Source: Octopus bimaculoides (taxonomy: Eukaryota). Taken from it: DNA of 64,000 nucleotides. Under the pieces are notes generated by a model. That model was not told the origin of the DNA, ran no database searches, and saw nothing but the letters and a program-made list of their open reading frames with translations. The stretch is from contig NC_068982.1 of NCBI RefSeq assembly GCF_001194135.2, positions 93,361,557-93,425,556 of the forward strand, read 5' to 3'. This document shows, piece by piece, positions 35,423 through 48,748 of the stretch (the first letter of the stretch is position 1; every line of letters begins with the position of its first letter). Made by a program: the position numbers and the translations under genes.

Positions 35423-37412
35423 ACGTATATGCCGACGTATAAGTCAATATTTGAAGCCTAAAAATCTTCCCCCAAACAAGGGGTCGACTTATTCGCTAAA
35501 TATAAAATGTGAGCCATTACTACTAAGGAGTAATCAAGTGAAACTGCCTACTTAATACTCATTGTACACCACTTGTCATAACTCTAGCATTCCCACTGAA
35601 ACTCGTGTTTTTTAAGTCTATTTAGCGTAGAGATAGACCATATAATATCACAATTGGTTACACATACTACATTACAGTAGTAGAAAACAAAGAATTGCAA
35701 ACCCACCATTCGCAACAGCTTATCGGCGTACTAGTGGCACCATCTACCCCAAGCGGCCAGCTGTTGAACATACTTCAAACTATCGTACAGACTTTGAAGC
35801 TACTAAACTACCAAACTACCTTAATTACCTATAGGTACATTTAATGGCATGTATCCTAGCCAGCTAGCACTAACGTCTATACTGGATACCATTAGCAAAC
35901 TCGAATTTGTATACGTAACTGTGAAAATATTAGCAGAAAATTTAACCATGGCACCCAGTGAAAAAAATACGGAAGTATGACTGTGGATCCAAAATAAAAG
36001 TTATAGAATTTGCTAAGGGCTCTAATAATTGTGCAGCCGCTAGAAAAGTTGGTGTCAGTGAAAAGTTGGTGTGTGATTAGAGAAAGATTGAAGCATCTTT
36101 AAAGGGAATGCCAAGAAAAACTGTGCCATGAGAACCGGCATTTGTAAATGGAAAACTCTCGAAGAGCATGTGGCAGAATGGGTACTGGAAACACGTCAAA
36201 ATGGCTATGCTGTAAGTAGAAATGCCATATGCATTTTTGACGGTAAGTTGGCCAAAGTCTACCCTGAAAATATTTTGTGGGATGAGCAAGTTGGTGCACC
36301 AAATTCATGAATAGGAAAGGCCTAGTGTTGCGTGAAAAGACAAGAATAGCCAGAGGTTACCAGAAGACTTTAATGCCAAAATTACAAGTTTCTATAGTTA
36401 TATTATTGGCTTGAGAAAACAACACAATTTCCCTTTATCACAAGTTGGTAGTATGGATGAAACTCCAGTAAATTTTGATATGATTAGCAACAAAATTACA
36501 GATGTAAAATGAGTAAAAACTGTTACTTCAAAACGTGCAGGACACGAAAAAACAAAATTCACTGTTGTACTCTCCTGCATGGCTGATGAAATGAAGCTAA
36601 AACCTATGGTTATATTTAAACGGAAATTAATGTCCAAAAAATAATTTCCGCCGGGTGTGTTCGTTCACGTCCACCCTTGAGGGTGGATGAATGAAAATGG
36701 TGTGAAGCTGTGGATAGAAAAAGTTTGGAATCAACGACCAGGAGGCCTTCGTAAAGTGCGCAGTCTTTTGGTATGGGATATGTTTAAATCACATCCGGCG
36801 ACTAACATTAAAAACATTTGCAAAGAAGTAACACCGAAATTTCCGTTAAACCTGGGGGGTTAACGCCTGTCCTCCAGCCGTTAGATGTGGAACAGTGGAA
36901 CAAGTGGATGGCTGAAGGTTGTAAGACATTCACAAAAGGTGGAAGTATGCGTGCTGCTTCACTTAATATTTTGTGTAGCGTTGTTTATAAATGCATAGGA
37001 TTCGGTTAAAACAGAAACTTATCAAATCATTTAAAAAATGTGGGATATCAAATTCAGTGGATGGCATGAAGATGATGATGATGACGACTCTACTGATGAT
37101 GATGAATTAAACTATATACTATGATTGACGAAACATTAATATTTATGTCAGATGAGGAGGAGGAGGAGGAGGAATTTGGAGGCTTTTTTAAATGGTAACA
37201 TGTTTTAATAATAATAAAGAAGTAATTTTAATGTTTTTGAAACAAACTTATAAAATTTTACAAATTGTATTTTCTTCACACGTATTTTATTTAACAACAA
37301 TTTTGTGCTGCCTTAGTTTTGTAAGGTGGGTCGTCTTATCCGGTGGATATAAGCATAAACCTGTACTATACCTCAGAATTTTAAAGATCGACTTATACGC
37401 CAGCATATACGG
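35423..37412 (+). mobile_element. pogo-superfamily (Passer/POGK-like) DNA transposon with both TIRs
   Basis: Left ACGTATATGCCGACGTATAAGTCAA is inverted to right TCGACTTATACGCCAGCATATACGG, followed by TA at 37413-37414. Confidence 0.9.
35948..37190 (+). pseudogene. Disrupted pogo transposase (Brinker-like DBD, CENP-B HTH, DDE_1, acidic tail)
   Basis: KVIEFAKGSNNCAAARKVGVSEK; WKTLEEHVAEWV; MDETPV (36456); LLVWD (36777); PVLQPLDV (36884); poly-D/E tail; many stops and frameshifts. Confidence 0.85.
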
Positions 37413-40389
37413 TAATTAGATTTGCGAATACGTGTTCTGCAGTCGTTGCATTTTTCTTAGCCATCATTCATCTTCTTTCAATAGTCTGTGTATGAATAAT
37501 GTCATCATTTGGATCTACGAATTGCTGTTGTTAATTAACAATTATAGCTTCCACTACCTAATCCAACATACGAAGCCCGAAGAGCGATCATAATTGTGTT
37601 TGCTAGCATGCACTGCACGCAAGTCCCCAAATACCTTTCATACATTATGTATGCTCTTCTCTTTTTGTGGCTTAAGAAAAATATGGCTGTAGATGCACAC
37701 AGATCGAGCGACATTAATTTGCATTGGATTTAATTTTTATCCAAGGTTTTTTTATTATTATTAATATAAGCGTTTTGTCATTCGTTATTAAAGGGTGCCC
37801 AATCAGGAGTATCTTCATATATAAAAGAATTCGAAAATGACAGTAAAGTGATGCGTTATACAACATTGTTCAGTGGTTTTGTAACCAACTTCAAATTATG
37901 CAATGCCCAGGATCCCTCTGACTGACTGCTCTTTTATTTTTTCTTTTACTTGTTTCAGTCATTAGACTGCGGCCATGCTGGGGCACCGCTCTGAGGAATT
38001 TTTAGTCGAATGAATTAACCCCGCTACTTATCATTACTACCAAACGAAGAATTTGCGATTCCTATCCTCACAATAGAACGTCCCCGTGTCCAGGGTCAGA
38101 GCAGCAGAGCCTCAGCAGTCAATAACTATTATGAGTTGATAGAGACTCAGGGCTGTAAGAAACCGGATCTGCTCCCATAATTGGCCCTCGGTCTGCTAGA
38201 AATTTTAGCTGATACTCACTCAAAGAATTCTCTGTCTTTAAAAACTATATAAAAACATATAAGATATATTCCTATCTCTGGCGAAAAATATAGGATGTTC
38301 AGGACTAGAATTCATTGGCCATAAGTATTCAGGAGCAATGCTGAACAAGAACTACAATGACAACAACAAATATTGCCTTGGATAACACAAACAACCGAGT
38401 GTCTCTTTCGTTGTTTTCCGATTCGTTTTGAATTTAAATGTCATCGAAATAAGCTTCTGATCTTAATTATCCGTAGTTTATGAAATAAATATCATTAACA
38501 TCAAAGAGTCACTCCAATGCCGAAATTAATTCGTGCACTCTTATCTAGAAATTTGTGGTTTTATGCAAATATAAGAAATCAATATTTATAGTAATTCAAG
38601 AAACAACTAATATTTAAATGAAATAAAACCATAATTTTATACAGGCGACTTTCGTGAAGTAAATAAATTTCAACATAAATCGTAGATGTTAATGTTCGTT
38701 CCAAAAGAGAATTCTAAAATATGTTCAATCTCAGCAGCTCATTGAAATTGTAGGTCTTACTGAAATAGGAGATGAAACGAAAATAGTATATTTATTGAAA
38801 TATTCAGATGTTTACTGCTGATAGCACAAGCTTAATTCTTATAGGTCAACTGATGACCTACTGCCCCCTAAATACTCTGTACTCATAATGCTCCACCATA
38901 AATGTTGTTGCACTTTTAAGGTCTCATCTAAAATATATATCCATCTTGAGAAATGGCTGACGTCTTTCTTGAATTAAAAAAAGCAACCCGAATTTAAAAA
39001 TCAAAAGAAAATTAAGAATGTCTGTTTAGTTTATCCTCCTTCAAATTATTTCAGCGAACATAGCGTTGGTAAACAGAACCTATTGTCTAAATTGTTAGAT
39101 TACTCGAAAAGATATTTATTTTGCGAAAATAAGCATTTCCATCATTGGAGGAAATTATTAATTTTGTTAAAGCTCAGATCAAACCAATTTGTAAAGGTGT
39201 CTCTATGCCTTACCTGAAACTGAAAATACTGGAGGCGTGGTTATCATTATAGAATAGGAAGTGTTCTTTGGTGTATCAGTTTTGTGTTATTCTCACTGTT
39301 AGTTTTAATCCTCCAACAAATTCTCTTCAAACAGCTGTTTCAGAAGCTGTTTATGCATCCGGAAGCCCTGTTCTCTGTTAAGTGTCTTTTTTTCATATAT
39401 GATTATTATTGTTGTTTCTGGTTGGTATATGACGTCCATATATTATTTCTCTCTGGTATAAGGTTTACAACAATGTAAGATAGAAATCAAGAAACGATAT
39501 TTTTTTCTTTTATCCTTCTACACCAAGAACTAAATGATTCTGAGTCATTTGCTTGGAAACAAATTTGGAGAATATTTCATTGATACATTCAGCCTTAACT
39601 TTTATCAGTTTGCTTTGAGCCTTAGCTAACTGAATCACCAGTGCATGAGACAGGCAAACAAAGCATTTGTCCGCGGTTCAACTCAACTTACACATGGCTT
39701 AGCTTACTTTACTGTAAATAAGCTCCATGACTTGTACAGCGCGTCACTGAAAATAATGGCAACATTGTTTAATAGATGAGCGTTTTGACGGCTCCTAATG
39801 CTAGATTTAAGCACTTAACTTCCCACCACCACCAAATACACACGAGTGTTCTCCAAAGTTGGATTAACTATTTCAGGCTGTTGTGCTTTGTCCCAATTGT
39901 ACCTGATCGAGCAGACCTATTATAAATGACATTCCAGAGATGACAGTCTCGTTTATTTTTCAAACCTAATGTACCTAGGACTCCGTTGTCAGGTGACATT
40001 CTCTTTTAGACGGTAGCTGTTGCTTTTTGTATTATTTTGTTCAGCAGAGTTAGAGAGTCATCCCCATGTCCTTCACTGGTGCTCCCAAAAGACTGAGATT
40101 GATGTGACTGATGCTCAACCTGAACGTCTAAAGTAAAAACGTAGGTAGTTATGGAATCGGAGTTATTGATCCGAATGCTTGCAACATGGTCAGTTTTGAA
40201 GTCCTTTTGTACCGACCCAAACAAATTTGTATTTGATTGAGATTTTCTGCTCATTCTAGCAAGTCGGGATACTACAAAAAGAATATTTGGTTGTCTTTTG
40301 TCAAGGAGACCGTCGTACATTCTCAAGGCTACAAAAGATACTCATCTCGTTCAGTTAGTCATTACTTCGTTTTATCCTCTTTTTCGTGG

Positions 40390-41780
40390 ATTTCCACCGG
40401 CAAGTGACAGGATGGCCTTAGGAACCAGTATAAGCTTTACTATAGCAACATTTTTGTTGGACATACCGAGACTCAAATCCTTCCCAGTTTACTGGCCTCA
40501 CTCTAAAGCTATACGCTCGTTAGATTGACAGCTGTATCGACATCCCCTCCTTACTAACAAACAACTCGATTCCATTATTTTCCCCATTCGCTTCCACCCT
40601 GTTTTTACATCCACCGCTTCCACGACGTCTGTTGGCTTCCTGGACATCTCACTGGTCTCTATTGACCACTTTAACCTCCAACTTCGCTTTTTATAAACCC
40701 GCTGACTTTTACTTTCACCACATAAATCACACCTAATGTACTATCTCAAACTCAAAATTTTTCTGCTATTGCCGTCTCTGTAGCTGACTCTGATGTTGAT
40801 GGCTGCTTGCACTAAGTGGTCGGCTACTCCCAACGTGGTTATATTCAACTAACAGTTTACGTTGCTCGCAATCCTGCCTTAGCTGTGAACCGCTCATCCA
40901 CACCAAACCCTGTTTCTCTCCTACCGCCTTCTTTTTCCGCTCGCCTACACCTCGTCACTTTACTTCCCCAGCGCATCATCCTAACATACTTCCGTTCCAA
41001 ATTTGACTATGCTATTTCTCACCTCTCTGAACCACCTCTCCCTTTGTCTACACACAATTTGCATGACTTTCCCGTCCATAGTTCTGTCATCTCACGCAAT
41101 ACTCGATTTGAATTCTTCCCCACCATCACACCTACACCCATTGTTATACTTGTTTCATTATCCAGAATATCACCTTAATATATGAATCTAACGCCTTCCA
41201 TTTCGATGCCCGTTTTACGCCTACAAACAAGAATATTATTTACTGTTTAAGATGCCAACTTTGTTACTTCTAAGTATTGGTACCAATAGGATTGACTAGA
41301 TCCCTTGGGGCTGATGCTTCAACTTGATTACAGTTGAATGACTGCCAGCAAGATTAAAAGAATACATATTCCAGAGGAACAACAATAATAATTTGTTTTG
41401 TCAGCTTATGTTGACATTAGAGTGCATTGACTAACGTGCTTTTTATATTTGTTTTGTTTTGTTTTTCGTTTAAAGATTGTTGGCTGTGGTTTGAAGGAGA
41501 TTAAATTCCTTTCCCAAGCTGTATATAAAAGAAAGCGGTTGGAGATTGAAAGACCATTTTAGAGAATACCTTTTAAAATGTCCGACGGAACAACATCGGA
41601 TCACTTCGACATGTAGCTCATCATTCCAACTCTTCTAACCACATCTGTCTGTTTCCTCCCATCTGCAGTATTGTTTTACGACAAAGATCTCCTGTTTCTT
41701 ATTTGCACTGTAAACAACAACTAATTTTTCGTCTCAAAGCAACCCACCCAACAGAGATTAACAATCGATATGTTTTATTT
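40390..41780 (+). pseudogene. Penelope-like element relic: RT and GIY-YIG endonuclease
   Basis: Pieces across frames: QVTG.ALGT (40401), NIFVGHTETQI, LYAR*IDSCI (RYIDD equivalent, 40509-40538), FLDI (40637), FYKPAD (40689), NIIYCLRCQLC (41232-41264), QQLIFRLKATHPTEINNR (~41715-41770); interrupted at ~41270-41570. Confidence 0.75.
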
Positions 41781-41854
41781 TAATACCCAACACATACACA
41801 CTTCTCTTTCTCTCTCTCTCTCTCTCTCACTCACACACACACACACACACGCAC

Positions 41855-41924
<70 letters not shown>

Positions 41925-43084
41925 CACACACACACACATAACATGCTTTCACACCTTATCTTGCATAACTGAATCACACACAAACAGAACACGCTCTTGC
42001 AGCTTATCTCTTTTGGCAGTTAAACATTCTTTTAACTGTAAAACACCTTTCTGTCCAGACCACTTCTGTTGTTTAACTAATGTGGTCCCTATTACAAACA
42101 CTACTTTTACGAAATTCTTCTTTGTTCTTGATAAAAGACCACTGTCCGAACCGCTGAAGTTTCAACCGACTACTTGTACTGTTTTTTCGTTTTGTTTCTG
42201 AAACTTTGAGGGTATATTTCATTATTATGCACTGACGAAAGATTCTCCCCGTCCCACTAAATAAGACATGTATGATTCAATACCGCGGTTTCTCGATAAA
42301 TCATAGGCTTTCGTGTAAGAAATCATTGTTCTATGCTGTCAATCCTGATCGAATCATTCCAGCCTTGACTATCCCGTCTGTTTTTCATGTGTAAAGCATT
42401 CATCTTCCTAACGTGTGCCTCTTATGATCAAGACGATAGATGTCATTAGAGATATATTTAGTTGCTTTTACTAGCAAGTCGAGCGGCTACGTGGAAGATC
42501 TTTGGTTCGGTTGTTTTACGTAATCTAACTTAACTATAGGTCTGCCCAAAGCAAAGTTAACCAAACCTACTCCATAACCATGCCAACTAAACAGTAGCCG
42601 CAACACCAGCTATTATAACACCTTCCGAACCATTATGTAGTTGCTCGACTTGCAAGAAAAGGCAGTTAAATCTTCCTCAAATTACAGTAAAACTTTCTTT
42701 AAAAGCAAAAAAAAAAAAAAAAGTGCGTTGGATAGTGTACTCTGGTGTCAACAAGTTGGTTAAAACTGTTAGATAGTTAGATGAACTCTGTTATTGTTAT
42801 TCTTTGGAAATATTTATTCATTTAATTTTTTACTGGTGGTTGTCACTGGGCTTCCACCATGTTAAGACATCAATTTCAAAGGCTTTAATCTATCCTATCG
42901 CCACCAGTATTGTTTCAGTTGGGTATTAATATAATCAATAAATGGAATAAAATATATATCTCATTAAATCCTAGCAAAATCTTCAACAGAAGGTACCTAA
43001 TTCTGTCCGCCTACCATACTTTAACATCTCATCATTTGGCATACAGCCCGCACCCACTCAGTTAAGGAGTCTTGTCTTGTTTTG

Positions 43085-43290
43085 CGAGTTACTTGGTAAC
43101 CTCACCAGTGTCGATGCCCCGTAAAAAGCACCCACTACACTCTGTAAAATGGTTGGTATTAGGAAGGGCATCCAGCTGTGGAGACCATTCCAAATAAACG
43201 AAACATTGGAGCTTGGTAAATTCCCTCTGGCTCGCCAGTCTCTATTGAGCCGTCGAAACCATGATAGCATGGAAAACGGGCGTGTGATAG
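43085..43290 (+). mobile_element. RTE 3'-end fragment
   Basis: GGTTGGTATTAGGAAGGGCATCCAGCTG...CATGATAGCATGGAAAACGGGCG matches 60680-60810. Confidence 0.75.
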
Positions 43291-45593
43291 TGCTGCTGCT
43301 CATGATTGTGTCTTTGATCCAATGCAAAACCTGATATAAATCGGAAGTTTTGTCGGCATCTTAATTAAAATAGATTTCAGCAAATTTAATGGAATAAACG
43401 AAACTAAAGAAAATAAAATAAAATAAAATAAAATAAGCCTAAAACATGTATGACTTGCAAATACTTTTTATCTATTTTGCTTTTACTAATATGGTATTTT
43501 GAACAGTATAGTCCGTTTTTTACATTCTAAAGTCTCATTCAGTACTTTGTAATCACATTCTATCTTTATTAGAAAAAACCTTTCATTACCTAAAATAACT
43601 GTCGTAGTACTATTTATTTGGAACGTTTATATTTTCAGCAAGAGCGAGATGAACTCTTTCCGTTCAGGTTATTTCGTTTTAACCCCTTTCTTGCACTATT
43701 CACAAAACTTCAACTATTTCCAGCATTTCTAACCGAAAGATAGCTGTGACAGCTGATATTAACTTTCAAGTAAAATTCTCATTCATCAAATAGACCTCCA
43801 GCAACTTCTCCCCACTCGTCATCAGCTGTTACTGAACATTCTTGTCTCTAGTCATGCGTGTTTCCACTTACTCGAGTGATTTATCTGCCTACCTCATTAA
43901 ATCCGGCGTTTCTGTCTTCATCGCCAACACACCCAAGACTAAACTTTTCCTTTCTCTGAAACTAATTTCAAACTAGACGACCGTAACCCACACCACAATT
44001 TCCCTCATGGTTTATTTATTTTACTCCTTAAAAGTATATATTCACTGAAATTTTTCTGTTTACTTCTTCACTGTGAAATGATTCCAGAATATTTCTCCTG
44101 TAACTTATCCACTTGTGGTTGTATTACGTTGAATTTGCTCATTCACTTTACTTTCTTTTACCCTCCGAATGCCGTTAAAGTTATTCTACTACTAAGTCAC
44201 ATAGGCTGGATTTACATGTCAAAGCTGTACCTCATTTATTTCATATCTCGCTGGAGTTCATGTTTCGGTCTTGGTTTCTTAGGTCAAGAATAATGGGGCA
44301 GAAGGAAACATTCTAACCACAATTAATTCACAAAATATTAACTGAAGTCATATTAGCAAAATTAAATGAAAAAATAATTTACAATGAATGTCTAAATGCG
44401 CTAAACTCCACAGCAACAATTTATTTCTATGTTAAAGTGACCTCCCGTTAAACTCCAATAAGAAATATGATACCCAGTCCTTCACGCATTATTAATCCAG
44501 CATTGGTAACGTAAAACTTCGAGCTACCTGGTAACTACCAGTTAGTCCTATGTTTCATTTCCAAGTCAGTTCTTTTTTGTTCTACTTTACTGTCTGCTAA
44601 TTTGGACTGACTCAACGTCAAGGGTGCACGACTTTCAGTTCAATTCTCGCGTCTTTATCCACTTGTTTATTGTATTTCGGACACATTTTCTATGGAAGGA
44701 GTTAATGGCTCTTATGAATTTTACCCTTGATTCGAACCAAGACTGTTTTTAAATTAAAGATAGGAACTTCTTATCCACTAACTCACTAATTCTGTAATTT
44801 GTAGTGTTCAAATTAACGATTTAACAACATTAGAACAACCAACTTGAACCGAGAATTGATATATTTAATGATATATAAGTGCAGGTATGTGATTAAAAAT
44901 TCACTTTGCAACCACGTAGTTTCGGGTTCTGTCCCACTACTCGGCACTTTGTAGTTTTTAAATTTTTTTTTTTACTTTAACCCCGAGCAGTCTAAGGCTT
45001 TGTGAGTGAATTTGATAGACAGAAGCCCATCACATACATTGTCGAGCAGAACTGTGATTAAAGATATTCCATTCTGTTTAGACAGTTTATTTCAGATCAC
45101 ATTAATTAGTATATCCTTCCTTTTTAAAAATGATAGGGTCTGTTGAAAAATATTTTATTTCTGAAAAGTTGAGAGGCTACGTAGAAGTATATTAGCTCGT
45201 GTTCTGTGGCAGTACAAGTTTCCAGAAAAAAGACAATATGATTCAATATTTCTTCATTATTTAGTATTTAAGCATACTCAAACAATTTACAGAGGGTAGA
45301 AAATACGTTGTTCTGATTAGCAGCCTATAAAAAGAACTGGCTTCAACCAGCATCTTGATTCACCGAAAACTTACATAATAATCTACAAGAATTACATTTT
45401 TCCCTAGTATTTTCATTGATTTGTGTTTTCCCCTAGTATTTTCATTAATTTGTGTTCGACAATCCAATAATGTTCAGTGGTTGGCAATCTTATTACAGCT
45501 ACTATTTCACCTCCCCTAAAATTTGCCTTATTTATTATTATATTTATATTTATCATTGTTATATTTATTATTATTATTACTATTATTATTATT

Positions 45594-45815
45594 AAGGCAA
45601 CGAACTGGCAGAATGATTAGCACGCTGAACGAAATGTTTAGCAGAATTTCGTCCGTCTTTACGTTCTATGTTCAAATTCCGCCGAGGTCGACTTTGCCTT
45701 TCATCCTTTCTGGGTCGACAAGTTAAGTACCAGTTGAACACAGGGTGTAGGGATCGATGTAATCGACTCATCCCCTCCCTCAAAATTGTTGCCCTTGTGG
45801 CAAAATTTGAAACCA
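45594..45815 (+). mobile_element. SINE family A, full length, inserted after a (TTA)n tract
   Basis: Close to the family consensus with CpGs retained. Confidence 0.85.
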
Positions 45816-46702
45816 TTATTATTATTATTTTGTTTATGCAAAATGAAATTGCTATTTTTATCGTTTCCACGTTATAAAACAGAAACATAATTTCAGCTTC
45901 AACTTAATTGACCTCATTTAGCTTCGTCCTCGTAGACACCGATCACTTGCAAATGTCATCGAATTTTGGTTGAAAAAACAAAAGAAAAAACCGCTATTCT
46001 TATTTTGCGATCCTCACTTGAGACTGGAAAGACATTTGCCAGGAATATGGTACAAGAAAGCGCAAATATCTTGTCAATAGTACGACAATCCAATAACGAA
46101 CGTTGCCTGTATAGGTAAAAAGCCTGAACTTTTGGGGTATGAAGCTAGTTGGCCCCAGTGTTCAACTCGAACGTATATAATCGAGTTCCAACGGGATTTG
46201 AACTTAGAACACAAAGCCGGAAGAAGTGCCACGAAGCATTTTGTCCGGCTTGCGAACGATTCTGCCAGTTCACCGCCTTAGAAATAGGCACAATATTAAA
46301 TTTGAAAATAATAACCTTTGCAGAATGTCTGGCTTTTAAGATTTTGTTTGTTTTTAGAGTCGCTAGAATGTTTAACTGTTTTTGTGTCAACACTGTACTC
46401 TAAGTTCAAATCCTGCTGAGGTAAACTTAGCCTTTCAACATTTTGGAGTCGGTAAAAAGTATTAATGAAGGGCAGTGGATTGACGGAACAGTTGCAGGCT
46501 GTTTGCATTCCAACAACAATTCTTCTGATGACACTTGTATGAAGCTGTATCCACCCAAGCTGGGGAACTTTCTCTCGGATAGACATTGGTGTCATGGAGA
46601 GAGAATACTTGTATGTATGGACACCTGCTATTTTCCCTCAAAAAGAATCTTGCTCCAGGCTTGCACACACATGGTAGTCGTGAACGACTGAACCCTTATA
46701 CA

Positions 46703-46960
46703 TATGGCCTAGTGGTTAGAGTGTTGCACTCCTGCTCGCGAGATCGTAGTTTCAGTTCCTGGACTGGGTAATGTGTTGCGCTCCTGAATAAAACACTTCA
46801 TCTCACGTTGCTTTGCGAGCACTTCGACACCTGACGTGTGGTACACAGTCTACCTGTTCAGGCAGCGTCGATTTGATGGAAGGTGTGAGCTAATGTACAA
46901 CACAAACATTTTATCGCTATAAACAAATTATTTGTACAGGTTCTTCAGCATGAAATAGCA
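46703..46960 (+). mobile_element. tRNA-derived SINE, family C
   Basis: A-box TGGCCTAGTGG and B-box-like GTTTCAGTTCC in a tRNA-like head; the body differs from families A and B. Confidence 0.55.
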
Positions 46961-47215
46961 GAACCATCTTTTTCGGACTGCAAGAAACTACCATTTCTTC
47001 AGTGTCCTGCTTTGTTATAACCAGAAATAGCTCTGACGAAAGTAACATGAATTTTTTTTTAGGTCATTCAATTTTTCTCAGCTGATCAATTGAGTAAACG
47101 TTTCAGTAGCGTACCTATAATGACAACTGAAAACAGTTGTCAGCTAAATTTACTCTAATAAGAAAAATATGTAATGACCATTATTTATACCTTGTCTTAT
47201 ATATATATCTATATA

Positions 47216-47703
47216 TGTTGTTATTTTCCTGTTGTTTGTAATTGTAATTGCGTACCATGCTCTCCGTTTTTTTTGTCTTTGTTCCCGTACACATTCGCTA
47301 GCTTTCTTACAAAAAAATCTAATGCTCTTAGCTTAGACTTTTTGTGGAAGCAACCAGATCGAACTGTCTAAAGTGTAACCGCCTGAAACAGTAAGGACTT
47401 CTGATAACATGACTGGGGGAAAGAAGGCCACGAATCACCCGTCTTTTTTTCCCCTGTTCTTCTAATTGTTGTTTCTCCTGTCTGCCTTTGTATCGTCTAT
47501 CTGTCCGAATGTTTTATTGTCCTCTATTGCGTTTTTGTTCTATTTTTTTTTATATTTGTGGTAAGTAGCTTGCTTACCAACCACTTGGTTCCGGGTTCAT
47601 TCCCACTGCGTGGCTCCTTGGGCAAGTGCCTTCTACTATAGTCTCGGGCCAATCAAAGCCTTGTGCGTGGATTTGGTAGACGGAAACTGAAAGAAGCCCG
47701 TCG

Positions 47704-47737
<34 letters not shown>

Positions 47738-48701
47738 TGTGTGTGTATATGTTTGTGTGTCTGTTTGTCTCCCCAACATTGCTTGACAATCGATGTTGGT
47801 GTGTTTACGTCCCCGTAACTTAGCGGTTCGGCAAAAGAGACCGATAGAGTAAGTACTAGGCTTACAAAGAATAAGTCCTGGGATCGATTTGCTCGACTAA
47901 AGGTGGTGCTCCAGCATGGCCGCAGTCAAATGACTGAAACAAGTAAAAGAGTAAAAGACTATATGGCGGCGTACGTACACACTTGTGCTCACCTTATAGT
48001 AGGTATGTATCTAAATTATGTACGACTCTTACTCTATCTTTTAGTCCTCCTCATACATTCTTCCTCTCTTCTTTTTCTCGTTCTCCCCCCCTCTCTCTCT
48101 CTCGCACATTTCTTAGCCCTCTTTTCTGTAACTCCCATTTTCCTCCTCGTTTATCTCTCCTGTACCTTTCCCTTTGTCCCTGATTTTTTTCTAATCCTTC
48201 AATCTCTCTGCCCCTACCTCTCTCTCCTGCCACGTGACCGGTGTCCGGCCAGCCATGATCTTTCATTCTTGGCCTGACTGCCGACTGCTGACCGTCAGCA
48301 CCACTTTTGTCCATCTCCTATGTTCCTGCCTTTAGGCGTTCACTTCATACACGCCAACTCAATTTAATTTGTTCTCAGTTGAAAGACACCTGTTGTTATT
48401 TTCTTGTTTGTATTTGTAATTGCGTACCATGCTCTCCGTTTTTTTTGTCTTTGTTGCCGTACACATTCGCTAGCTTTCTTACAAAAAAATCTAATGCTCT
48501 TAGTTTAGACTTTTTGGGAGGCAACCAGATCGAATTGTCTCAGGTATAACTGGCCAAAACAGTAAGGACTTCTGGTAACTTGACCGAGGAAAGAAGGCCA
48601 CGAATGACCCGTCTTTTTTTGCCTGTCCTAATTGTTGTTTCTCCTGTCTGCCTTTGACTCGTCTATTGGTCCGAATGTTTTATTGTCCTCTATTGCGTTT
48701 T
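47216..48701 (+). repeat. Direct repeats of ~315 bp (47216-47535 and 48391-48701), partial-tandem element split by a SINE
   Basis: Long near-identical stretches such as AATTGCGTACCATGCTCTCCGTTTTTTTTGTCTTTGTT and CGTACACATTCGCTAGCTTTCTTACAAAAAAATCTAATGCTCTTAG. Confidence 0.85.
47557..47959 (+). mobile_element. tRNA-headed SINE family B, near full length, with internal microsatellite
   Basis: Head TGTGGTAAGTAGCTTGC...GGTTCATTCCC, (TATG/TG)n spacer, 3' domain ending AAGTAAAAGAGTAAAAGA. Confidence 0.85.
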
Positions 48702-48703
48702 CG

Positions 48704-48748
<45 letters not shown>

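Noticed and set aside
39209-39240. Possible 6- or 15-nt minus-strand microexon (TTTTCAG TTTCAG GTAAGG) and an LRR-like DLSFNKI peptide
   Set aside because: Short signals are expected by chance in AT-rich DNA, and the LRR frame hits a stop.
40006-40326. 106-aa minus-strand ORF
   Set aside because: No recognisable domain or splice sites; it adjoins the Penelope relic on the opposite strand.
46703-46780. tRNA gene (also the heads at 47557, 17670, ~27480-27570)
   Set aside because: Only A/B-box-like heads continuing into SINE bodies; no complete cloverleaf.
47380-47445. CTGATAA...GCCACGAAT...GTC as a hammerhead in the direct repeats
   Set aside because: The core differs in both copies and stem I cannot form.
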